From NCBI GenBank assembly GCA_963792215.1, contig CAWBVL010000004.1, forward strand, positions 46,256-110,255: a DNA stretch of 64,000 nt. Reading direction: 5' to 3'. Numbering within the stretch: the stretch's first letter is position 1; every line of letters begins with the position of its first letter. The notes below the pieces were generated by a model. It searched no databases and was not told the DNA's origin. It worked only from the letters and a program-made list of their open reading frames with translations. The position numbers and the translations under genes are program-made. Source of the stretch: an uncultured Actinomycetes bacterium. GTDB lineage: Bacteria > Actinomycetota > UBA4738 > HRBIN12. Positions 36,634-46,058 of this stretch are shown here, one piece after another.

Positions 36634-37198
36634 TACGGCCTTCGAAGTCGACCTGGACCGGCCCGCGGACGGCGTCTTCGATGTCGAAGAACTCGCGCTG
36701 GCTGGAAATGGAACATGTTGGCGATCACGCTCGACGGGAACGATCTGGATCGCGGTGTTCAGCAGCCGGCACCTGGTCGTTGTAGAACTGCCGCGCGTAG
36801 GCGATCTTCGACTCGGTGCCCGTGAGCTCCTCCTGCAGCGCGAGGAAGTTCTGGTTGGCCTTCAGGTCGGGGTAGTTCTCGGCGACCGCGAGCAGCTGAC
36901 GGAGCCCGCCGTCACCGCGTTCTCGGCGTCCGCCTGGCCGGCCACGCCCTGCGCGCCCATCGGCCTGGGCCCGCGCGTCCGTCACGTGCTCGAAGACCTC
37001 GCGCTCGTGCGCCGCGTACCCCTTCACGGTCTCGACCAGGTTGGGGATCAGGTCGTAGCGCCGGCGGAGCTGCACGTCGATCTGCGACCAGCCGTTCGTC
37101 GGCGCGGTTGCGGACTTCACGAGCCGGTTGAACGCGTAGACCGTCCACAGGACGAGCAGCACGACGACCGCGACGACGATCCAGCCGGCGACACGCAT
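36634..37198 (-). pseudogene. lemA: LemA family protein, at least five frame switches
   Basis: From ATG 37198: [27 protein letters not shown]...[25 protein letters not shown]. It then continues only by hopping frames: [19 protein letters not shown] / [20 protein letters not shown]...FYNDQV / [10 protein letters not shown] / [12 protein letters not shown] / FFDIEDAVRGPVQVDF. The 3' end is uncertain. Confidence 0.7.
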
Positions 37199-37202
37199 GG
37201 CC

Positions 37203-38334
37203 CTATCGTAGCGGCGGTCCGCCGTCCCTGGCTGATCGCCAGGGCATCGCGGTAGGCGTCTTCGATCGCGCCCCACGGTCATCGACCAGTCGAACGCCTC
37301 GGCCCGCTCGCGGCCCGGCGGCCGCAGTCGCGCCGCGAGGTCGGGTCGTCGAGGACTCGACCGGCCGCCGCCGCGAGCGCGGCCGGGTCCCTCGGCGGGA
37401 CCAGCAGCCCCTCGGCGCCCGTCCGTCGATCGACCTCGTCGTAGCCGGGGATGTCGCTCGCGACGACGGGCAACCCGGCCGCCATCGCCTCGACCAGCAC
37501 GATCCCGAAGCACTCGCCGCCGATCGACGGTCCCAGGTAGACGTCGCACGCCCCGTGGAACGGAGGAAGCTCGTTCATTCGGGACGGCGCCGAGCATCGT
37601 CACGCGGGCGCGCAGCATGGTCGGGCAGGCGATCGACGGCGTCGCGCTCCGGCCCGTCTCCCACCACGACCAAGCCGGAGATCGGGACGGTCGGCAGCGA
37701 GGAGCTCGAACGCGGCGACCGCGACCGGGAACCCCTTGCGTTCATCCAGCCGGCCGACGAACAGCAGCTTGCGGCCCGGGCCGAGGTCGGCGGGCTCGGC
37801 ATCGGCGAACCGCGCAACGTCCACGCCGTTCGGGATCGATCTCGAACTCGCCACCGATGCGCTGGCCGTCGAAGTCCGCCGCGCGATCCGAGACCGCGAT
37901 CCGCACCGCGATGCGGCGGGCTACCACGCGCCGCAAGAGCGGCGCGGCCAGGTCGTACAGGCGCGCGCGCGCGGCGCCCGAGTGGAACGTGCGCCACCAC
38001 GGGCGCGCGCGCCTCGAGCGTCGCCCACAGCGCCGTGATGGGGACGTGGGCTCGTGCGACATGAACGACGTCGGGTCGGAAGGTCGCGAGCGTCGTGCCG
38101 CACCGCCCGGCGCGACCACGGCCGCGGGTCGATCGGCGCGTTCGAGTCGTTGTACGGGATGTCGACAGGCGGCCCGACCGGGCGCACCCACTGCTCGCAC
38201 GGGCGGCTCCCGGGTCGGCGCGAGCACCACGACGTCGTGCCCCCGCTCGAGCAAGCGCTCGGCGAGCTCCCGGACGTGGACCTGGACGCCGCCCGGATCT
38301 CCCAGGCGTAGGGACATGCGAGCGCGATGCGCAT
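37203..38334 (-). pseudogene. pimA: GT4 glycosyltransferase (PimA-like by synteny), about 13 frame switches
   Basis: ATG 38334 overlaps the upstream stop (TGATG). Fragments in different frames: MRIALACPYAW / DPGGVQVHVRELAERLLERGHDVVVLAP / VDIPYNDSNAPI / FRPDVVHV / HEP / HVPITALWATLEARAPVVA / TFHSGAARA...IAVSDRAA / IPNGVDVARF...[12 protein letters not shown] / [10 protein letters not shown] / [15 protein letters not shown]...[18 protein letters not shown] / AEAFDWS. Confidence 0.7.
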
Positions 38335-39266
38335 CAGTCCGCGTCTTCCGGCCAGCCCGGTTGGAACACGTGCCAGTCGGGCGGCGACATCGAGATCAGG
38401 CGCTCGAACGCCTCGGCGATCGCCCGCGTGATCGCCGTCGCGTCGGCGCGACGGTCGCCGGTGCGTTCCGGCATGTCGAGCGGCCACACGACATCGATCG
38501 CCATCCGGTCGGCGTCTGGAACGTGCCGACGACGGCGACAGGGCGCCGGTCGAGAGCGCGAGCATCGCGGGGCCGGCCGGCAACCGCCGCCGCGCCCGAA
38601 CATCTCGACCTCGATCCCCCGGCCGGTCAGATCACGGTCGGAAAGCAGCCCGATCAGCTTGTTGTCGGCGAGCGCGGTCGTGAGCGCTCTGCCGACGCTG
38701 TGGTGGGCCTCGAGCGCCGACGACCTCGATCCCGTACCGCTCGCGCTGCTTCACGAAGAACTGGAAGAGACGCTCGGGACGAAGATGCTCGGCGACGGCG
38801 ACCATCCGCGGGCCCCGATCGGCCATCGCCCGCGCGCTCGCGTCCCAGTTCCCCAGGTGCGGAAGCACGGCGATCGTCCCCTGCCCCTCCTCCGCCATCC
38901 GGAACAGGTGCTCGTCGCCGTCCCACGTGAAGTCGCGCTAAGACGTCCTCGTCGCGGCCACTCCTCGATCGGGAACGAGTCGTACCAGTAGCGCGCGTAC
39001 CGGCGGAACGCCTCGCGCGTGTTCGCCACGACGAACGGATCGTCGACCGGACGGCCCAGCACCGGGCTTGGTTCGCGGCGACCGTCTTGCGCAACGACGA
39101 CGCGTATCGATACGCCAGCGACCCCGCCCACTGGAACAGCGCGCGGCCGACGCGCGTCGGGAGCCGCTTCGCGATCCACGATGCGCTGCGCGAAGACGAG
39201 ATAGCGCGATCTGTCTCGTCGGGTTTCTTCGGGTTCGGCGGTCTCGACCGCCGCGTCGGTCTTCAT
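38334..39266 (-). pseudogene. LpxL/HtrB-type lipid acyltransferase (PIM acyltransferase-like by synteny), multiple frame switches
   Basis: ATG 39266 overlaps the upstream stop (ATGA). Fragments: MKTDAAVE...FRRYARYWYDSFPIEEW / MAEEGQGTIAVLPHLGNWDASARAMA...QFFVKQRERYGIEVV / LIGLLSDRDLTGRGIEVEMFG / LPAGPAMLALSTGA / IDVVWPLDMPE...FERLISMSPPDWHVFQPGW. Confidence 0.65.
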
Positions 39267-39798
39267 GCGCGCGCCTCTCGCGCCACCTGGCCGGTTCGGA
39301 CGATCGCCGCGAGCGCCGAGACGCCGGCCGCCACCCACACCATCACCGGGAGCCATCCGAACAGCAAGGCCGGCCGACGACCGCGCCGTAGCGAACGCCA
39401 CGCGTCACGTGGCTCTCCTCCACCGAGTACGCCGAGCGCCGCACCGCGGGCCCGCACGTACGACGACAGGAAGCTCGCGCACAACGCCACCAGCGCGCCG
39501 AACGCGATCTCGGGGCGGTCGCCGAACGACACCCAGACGATCGGCGCCAGGATGCACGCCGTCCCAGGCGCGGTCGAACAGCTCCGTCGAGCATGCGGTC
39601 GACCGGTCCCCCGAGCCCGTGGTTCGCCCGGTGGCCGCCGACCAACAGCAGGCCACCGCTGAGCGCCGACAGCATCCCCGCCCGGACGGGCTGCTCATCG
39701 ACGATCAGGACCGCTGCGACGACGGCGCAGGCCATCCCGAGGAACGAGCTGGTGCGGGTCAGCGCGGTGCCGGGTGGTTGGCGCTGGAAGCGGACCAT
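39263..39798 (-). pseudogene. CDP-alcohol phosphatidyltransferase (PI-synthase-like by synteny), fragmented across frames
   Basis: From ATG 39798. Part of the CDP-OH motif is recognisable (GGPVDRMLDGAV, and ELFDRAWDGV in the adjacent frame). The C-terminal part is in a third frame (ILAPIVWVSFGDRPEIAFGALVALCASFLSSYVRARGAALGV ... MVWVAAGVSALAAIVRTGQV). The 536-nt span is not a multiple of 3. I could not reconstruct the full motif. Confidence 0.55.
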
Positions 39799-39871
39799 GG
39801 CTGTGCGCGAGGGTAGCAACCGACTGGGTAGTATCCCCGGACCTGTCCCGCACCCTTCGGAAGGAGCCGCG

Positions 39872-41963
39872 TTGAGGGCCTACGGCGCGAAGGAGATCCG
39901 CAACGTCTTGTTGGTCGGGCACGCGGGAGCGGGCAAGACGTCGTTGTTGGAAGCGATGCTATTCACCGCCGGGCATATCACCCGGATGGGCGTCGTCGAG
40001 GAAGGCAACACGGTCTCCGACCACGATCCCGACGAGCAGCGGCGCGGCATCTCGGTGTCCCTCGCGATGGCGCCGATCGAGTGGCGTGACACCAAGATCA
40101 ACGTGCTCGACGCGCCGGGCACCGCGGACTTCGTCGGCGACCTCCGCAACGCGATCCGCGCGGCCGACGCCGTGATCCTCGTGGTCTCTGCGGTCGACGG
40201 CGTCGAGGTGCAGACCGAATACGCGTGGGAGCTCGCGGTCGAAGAGGGCCTGCCGAGGGCGATCTTCGTGAACAAGCTCGACCGCGAGCGGTCGGACTTC
40301 GAGGGCACGCTCGCCCAGCTCGTCTCGAGCTTCGGCAATCAGGTCGCGCCGTTCGAACTCCCGATCGGCACGGAGACCGAGTTCCGTGGGATCGCCGACC
40401 TCCTGCACGAGAAGGCCGACCTGTACCCGAGCGGACCGAAGGCCGAGGAGTCGGAGTGGCCCGACGACCTCCACGCGATGGCCGACCCCGCGCGCGAGAA
40501 GTTGATCGAGGCCGTCGCGGAGTCCGACGACGCGTTGATCGAGGAGTACCTCGACAGCGGCACCCTCCCCGAGGAACACATCGTGTCGGGCGCGAAGGAC
40601 GGGTTCGCGCGGGCGCGCCTCGCCCCGGTGATCTGCGGCTCGGCGGCGAGGGCGATCGGCATCGACCGGCTGCTGGACTTCATCGTCGAAGAGTTCCCAT
40701 CGCCGACCGACCGCGACGGCCATCACCGTCGTAGGCAAGGGCGACATCGAGGAGACGCGCGAGCCGGACGCTTCCGCGCCGCTCTGCGCGTTCGTCTTCA
40801 AGACGGTGTCCGATCCGTTCGTCGGCCACATCACGATGTTCCGCGTGTTTTCCGGTCAGGTGAGGCCGGATTCCACGGTGTTCGACGCGACCGCCGGAAC
40901 CGAGGAACGGATCGGCCAGCTGTTCACGCTTCGCGGCAAGGAGCACGAGACGATCCCGTCGGTCGGCCCGGGCGATATCGGCGCCGTCGCGAAGCTGCAG
41001 CACGCGCACACCGGCGACACGTGGTCGACGAAGGACCACCCGGTGACGTTGCCAACGGTGTCGTTGCCGGAGCCGTTGCTGGCCTATGCCATCGCGCCGG
41101 CGTCGAAGGGCGAGGAGGACAAGCTCGCCACCGGCCTCACGCGCTTACGCGAAGAGGACCCGTCGTTCCGCGTCGATCGCGTCGAGGAGACGCACGAGAC
41201 CGTGATCTACGGGATGGGCGAGGCGCACCTCGACGTCCAGATGCACCGACTCAAGGAGAAGTTCGGCGTCGACGTCGTGCACCAGCCGGCCAAGATCGCC
41301 TACCGAGAGACGGTGAAGGGGTCGGCCAAGGGGCACGGCCGGCACGTGAAGCAGTCGGGCGGCCACGGCCAGTACGCGATCTGCGACATCGAGTTGTCCC
41401 CCACCGGGCACGGCGAGGGCTTCGTGTTCGAGTCCAAGATCGTCGGGGGCGCGATCCCGCAGCAGTTCATCCCGTCCGTCGAGAAGGGCATCGTCAAGAC
41501 GATGGCCGACGGCGTGATCAGCGGGAATCCGATGGTCGACCTGCACGTCGCGCTCGTGGACGGCAAGTTCCACACGGTTGACTCGTCGGACATGGCCTTC
41601 CAGGTCGCGGGATCGCTCGCGCTGAAGGAAGCGGTGGAGACGGCCGGTGTCGCGCTGCTCGAGCCCGTCGTTTCGCTCGAGGTCGTCGTCCCCGAGAGCT
41701 TCACCGGCGACATCATGGGCGACCTCAACGGCAAGCGCGGCAAGATCCAGGGGATGGATCAGATCGGCGGCGGCAAGCAGCGCATCCGCGCGCTGGTGCC
41801 ACAGAGCGAGGTCGCACGGTACGTGATCGACCTGCGTTCGATGACCGGTGGCCGCGGCGCGTTCACGATGACCTTCGACCACTACGAGGAGATGCCGCAG
41901 AACCTCGCCTCGAAGGTGATCCAGGAGTATCAGCGGTCCCGCGAGGAAGCCCAGAGGAAGTAG
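39872..41963 (+). CDS. Elongation factor G-like GTPase (EF-G paralogue), one frameshift near 40717-40721
   Basis: TTG 39872 is preceded by GGAAGGAG. G1 motif GHAGAGKTS, DAPGTADF, NKLD. After ...EEFPSPTDRD the reading continues in the next frame as AITVVGKGDIEETREPDASAPLCAFVFKTVSDPFVGHITMFRV and runs through to EF-G domains IV/V. Confidence 0.85.
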
Positions 41964-42379
41964 CGCGCGCTCGGGAACCTGCGAGCGTTCGCGAGCCGGA
42001 GCGCTTCGCGCAGCTTCTTCCGTTCAGCCCCAAGCTCTGATCTGAGCAACGCGAACGCGATCGAAGCGGCGAGCCCCAAGAAGCCGCCGAGGAGCCGAAC
42101 GGCGTCGTTCCCGCCCAACCAGCCCCACACCAAGAACGCGACGCCGATGAGCCCGCACAAGACCGCCCAGAGCCCGAGTGCCGACCGGTTCCCGCGAAGG
42201 GCAGAACCCATCAGCACGAACACGATGAGTAGCCACGTCCAGTTGGGGCCTGTGGAAGGCGATGCATGGGGGTCGTTCGCCTGCGCGATGTCCATGAGCG
42301 GGATCGGGGCGATGAGCAGGAAGAACAACAGCAGCGCTAACCCCCGCCTCCGAGTGATACCGAACCAGCCATCGCCCAT
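41930..42379 (-). CDS. Hypothetical polytopic membrane protein
   Basis: 149 aa with 4 predicted hydrophobic segments. The 3' end overlaps the convergent EF-G-like gene by 34 nt. Confidence 0.45.
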   Translation of the reverse strand: MGDGWFGITRRRGLALLLFFLLIAPIPLMDIAQANDPHASPSTGPNWTWLLIVFVLMGSALRGNRSALGLWAVLCGLIGVAFLVWGWLGGNDAVRLLGGFLGLAASIAFALLRSELGAERKKLREALRLANARRFPSARYFLWASSRDR

Positions 42380-42421
42380 GCGTGAAGGCTAAGCCGCGGT
42401 CGCGCCGAAGGGAAGCCGCCG

Positions 42422-42790
42422 CTAACCGCGGATGGCCGCGATCACCAACAGCGCCCAGCCGGCGAGGAACAGCACGCCGCCGATGGGCGTGATCGCGCCG
42501 AGCTTGCGGCGATCGGTCAACGCAAGCGCATAGAGGCTGCCGCTGAACACGATCACGCCCGCGACGAAGCACCACCCGGCGGCCGCGGCTGCGCCGCTCT
42601 CCCACCGGACCGCGATCACCGCGGCAGCGATCGTCGCGAGCGCGTGCCACAGCTGGTAGTCGGCGGCGGTCTTCCAGTTGTCGAGCCGCTCAGGTGACAC
42701 GCGCTGGCGGATCGCGTGCGCGCCGAAGGCCCCGGCCGCCACGCCGAGGAACCCGAGCGTCGCGCCGATACCGAAAAGGATCCGGTCCAC
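42422..42790 (-). CDS. DUF423 (YgdD/TMEM256-like) membrane protein
   Basis: GFLGVAAGAFGAHA...YQLWHALA...GVIVFSGSLY, the characteristic DUF423 pattern. Confidence 0.8.
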   Translation of the reverse strand: MDRILFGIGATLGFLGVAAGAFGAHAIRQRVSPERLDNWKTAADYQLWHALATIAAAVIAVRWESGAAAAAGWCFVAGVIVFSGSLYALALTDRRKLGAITPIGGVLFLAGWALLVIAAIRG

Positions 42791-43587
42791 TACGGCTGGG
42801 CCTCGAGCAGGAACGGCACCACGGCGGCGTCGAACGCCTCCGGTTGCCGCATGTTCACCACGTGGTCGGCCTGCTCGATCAGGATCTTCCGGGCCCCCGG
42901 GATGCGGGTCGCGAGTACGTCGGCCACCTCTTCGATCGTTCGGACGTCGGTGTCACCGACGATCACCAAGGTAGGCACGTCGATCTGCTCGAGGTGTTCG
43001 TAGGTCGGGTACTTCGCCCAGACGTCGAGCTCCTCGTCGATCTCGAAGTTCTGTGTGTTGTCCAGCGCGATCTCGCGGATGCGCGCGCCGGCGGGGTCGT
43101 CGGTGCCGAGCGCGGCCCAGACCTTCATCGCCTCGTCGGTCGCGAGCACCAGGTCGCCAGCGTCCATCGCCGCCTCGATCGGGGCGAACAGTGTCGCCTC
43201 CAGCTCTTCGTCCCACGGGTAGCCGGGGCATCCGGACGCTACGGGCACCAGAGCCCACGCCCGCTCGGGATGCTCGATCACCGTTTCCAGCGCCAAGGCG
43301 CCGCCCATCGAACAGCCGACGAACGCCGCGGTCTCGATCCCCCGCTCGTCGAGCAGCGCGATCGTGTCGTCGACGCTCGAATAGGTCTCCTCCGGCATCG
43401 AGGACTTGCCGTACCCGCGCTGGTCGAACCGCAGCGCACGGAAACCGGCGTCGACGAGCGTCTTGATCTGCGGCTCCCACGTGCGCATGTCCCACAGGCC
43501 CGGATGGAGCAGCACGACCGCCGGTCCTTCGCCGACGTCTTCGAAGTTGATCGAACCGCCGTCTGCGAGCGCGATCGTCCCGTTCAT
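42790..43587 (-). CDS. Alpha/beta hydrolase
   Basis: Taken from MNGTIALADGGSINFEDVGEGPAVVLLHPG (ATG 43587, ATGA overlap with the HIT gene stop). Nucleophile elbow GCSMGG. Confidence 0.85.
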   Translation of the reverse strand: MNGTIALADGGSINFEDVGEGPAVVLLHPGLWDMRTWEPQIKTLVDAGFRALRFDQRGYGKSSMPEETYSSVDDTIALLDERGIETAAFVGCSMGGALALETVIEHPERAWALVPVASGCPGYPWDEELEATLFAPIEAAMDAGDLVLATDEAMKVWAALGTDDPAGARIREIALDNTQNFEIDEELDVWAKYPTYEHLEQIDVPTLVIVGDTDVRTIEEVADVLATRIPGARKILIEQADHVVNMRQPEAFDAAVVPFLLEAQP

Positions 43588-44069
43588 GCGAAGAAGGGTT
43601 GCAGCTTCCGGTAGCTCTCCGCAACGAGCTCCGGGAGGACGCGCGTCTCGGCGACGACCGGCATGAAATTGGTGTCGCCGCCCCACCGTGGAACGACGTG
43701 CCAGTGGAGGTGCTCCGGGATGCCGGCGCCGGCCACGTGCCCAAGGTTGAGCCCGATGTTGAACCCGTGCGGGTCCGAGGCTTCCCGCAACGCACCGACG
43801 CACCGCTGGAGGAACGCCGAGATCGCGGCGTTCTCGTCGGCGGTCAGCTCGGCGAACTCGCCCACGTGCCGCGTCGGCAGGACCAGCAGGTGCCCTGGGT
43901 TATAGGGGAACTTGGCGAGCGTGACGAACGCGTGATCGTCGCGTGCAAGGATCCGTTCCTCGTCGGCGGTGCCGTCGAGCAGCGCACAGAAGACGCAGCT
44001 CCGGTCGGCGGGCTCATCCTTGTTGGCCTGGATGTACTCCATCCGCCACGGACTCCAGAGGCGGTCCAT
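43584..44069 (-). CDS. HIT-family nucleotide hydrolase/phosphorylase (Ap4A phosphorylase-like by synteny)
   Basis: Taken from MDRLWSPWRMEYI. Histidine triad-like HLHWHVVPRW. Follows thrS, as in mycobacteria. Confidence 0.8.
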   Translation of the reverse strand: MDRLWSPWRMEYIQANKDEPADRSCVFCALLDGTADEERILARDDHAFVTLAKFPYNPGHLLVLPTRHVGEFAELTADENAAISAFLQRCVGALREASDPHGFNIGLNLGHVAGAGIPEHLHWHVVPRWGGDTNFMPVVAETRVLPELVAESYRKLQPFFA

Positions 44070-44073
44070 CCGG

Positions 44074-46019
44074 TCAGCCGGCCGAGAGCGTCTGCTCGAG
44101 CGACCGCGAGCGAGATTCCTCGAGCAGCGCCTCCACGATCGCGTCGAACGCGAGCCCGGAGATCTCCTCGCCGCCACGCTTTCGCACGGTGAACGTGCCG
44201 GCCTCGAGGTCACGGTCGCCCACGACGATCACGTACGGCGCCTTGAGCAGCTGCGCCGCGCGGATCTTCTTGCCGACCGACTGCTTGGAGTCGTCGACGG
44301 CCACCCTGAGTCCCGCGTCCCGCGCGCGTGTCGCGAGGTCGTGCGCCGCCTCCATGTTGCGGTCGGCGACGGGCAAGATCCACAGTTGCTCTGGCGAGAG
44401 CCACAGCGGGAACGCGCCGGCGTAATGCTCGGTCAGCACACCGAAGAACCGTTCGACCGAACCGAACAGCGCCCGGTGGATCATCACCGGCCGATGCCGC
44501 TTGCCGTCGGGCCCGCGTAGTGCAGGTCGAACCGCTGGGGCAGCTGGAAGTCGAGCTGGATGGTCGACATCTGCCACGTGCGGCCGATCGCGTCGCGCGC
44601 CTGCACGCTGATCTTCGGTCCGTAGAAGGCGCCGCCGCCCGGGTCCATCACGAGCTCGAGGTTCATCGCCATCGCGGCTTGTCGCAGCGCCTCGGTTGCC
44701 TCGTCCCAATCTTCGTCTGCGCCGACGGCCTTCTCCTCGGGCTTGGTCGACAGCTCCAGATAGAAGTCGTCGAGCCCGTAGTCGCGCAGCAGCGAGAGCG
44801 TGAAGCTGAGCAGCGACTGCAGCTCCTGTCCCATCTGTTCGCGCGTCGTGAAGATGTGCGCGTCGTCCTGGGTCATGCCCCGCACGCGCGTCAGGCCATG
44901 GACCACACCGGACTTCTCGTACCGGTAGACCGAGCCGAACTCGAACAGCCGCATCGGAAGCTCGCGGTAGGACCGCGTCCGCGCCCGGTAGATCAGGATG
45001 TGATACGGGCAGTTCATCGGCTTGAGGTAGTACTCGGTGCCGCCGTCGAGCTCCATCGGGGGGAACATGCCGTCGGCGTACCAGTCGAGGTGGCCGCTCA
45101 CATCGAACAGCTGCCGCTTCGTGATGTGCGGCGAGTTGACGAACAGGTAGTCGTCCTCGACGTGCCGCCGGCGCGAGTAGTCCTCCATCAGCATGCGGAT
45201 CAAGCCGCCGCGCGGGTGGAAGACGGCGAGCCCCGACCCGATCTCCTCGGGGAACGAGAACAGGTCGAGGTCGGTGCCGAGCTTGCGGTGGTCGCGCCGT
45301 TCCGCTTCCTCGAGCCGCTCGAGGTACGCGTCGAGATCCGCCTGGTTCGCCCAGGCGGTGCCGTAGATCCGGGTGAGCTGGGCGTTCTTCTCGTCGCCGC
45401 GCCAGTAGGCGCCGCTCACGGCGGTGAGCTTGAACGCGCCGAGCCGGCCGGTCGACGGCACGTGCGGGCCGAGGCAGAGGTCTTCCCAACCGTCGTTGCG
45501 GTAGAAGCTTGCGGTCTGCGCGCCGGCCTCGATGTCGCCGGCGGCCTCGGCCGTCCCGAGCCCCTCGACGATCTCGCGCTTGAAGGGCTGCTCGGTCAGG
45601 CGGCGGAGCGCTTCCTCGGTCGAGACGTCCTCGCGGATGAACGGCTGATCCTCGGCGGCGATCGCGCGCATCGTCTCCTCGATCCGCGGCAGGTCGTCGA
45701 CCGACACGTGCACTGGGATCGCGAGGTCGTAGTAGAAGCCATCCGCGATGGTCGGGCCGATGCCGAGCTTGGTTCCGGGCCACAGACGTGTGACCGCCTG
45801 CGCCAGGACGTGCGCGGTCGAGTGCCGCAGCACATGCAGCCCGTCGTCGGTGCGCACCTCGACCGGCTCGACCGAGCAGTCGTCCTCGGGGACGAACGAC
45901 AGGTCTCGAAGCACGCCGTCCACCCGCGCCGCGAGCGCGCTCGGCGCAAGCGCACTGCCGACGGGCTCCCCATCCGGGAGATTCACCGTGGTGCCGTCGG
46001 GCACGCGCAGGATCGGCAT
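44074..46019 (-). CDS. thrS: Threonine--tRNA ligase, one apparent 1-nt deletion near 44507-44511
   Basis: MPILRVPDG... with the TGS domain, [11 protein letters not shown] and class II motifs. The frame ends at ...[13 protein letters not shown]. The next frame reads ...[41 protein letters not shown]... through the anticodon-binding domain to the stop at 44074. Confidence 0.9.
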
Positions 46020-46058
46020 GCGGTGCAGGATAGCCGACGCCCTTACGGCATCCGGTGC

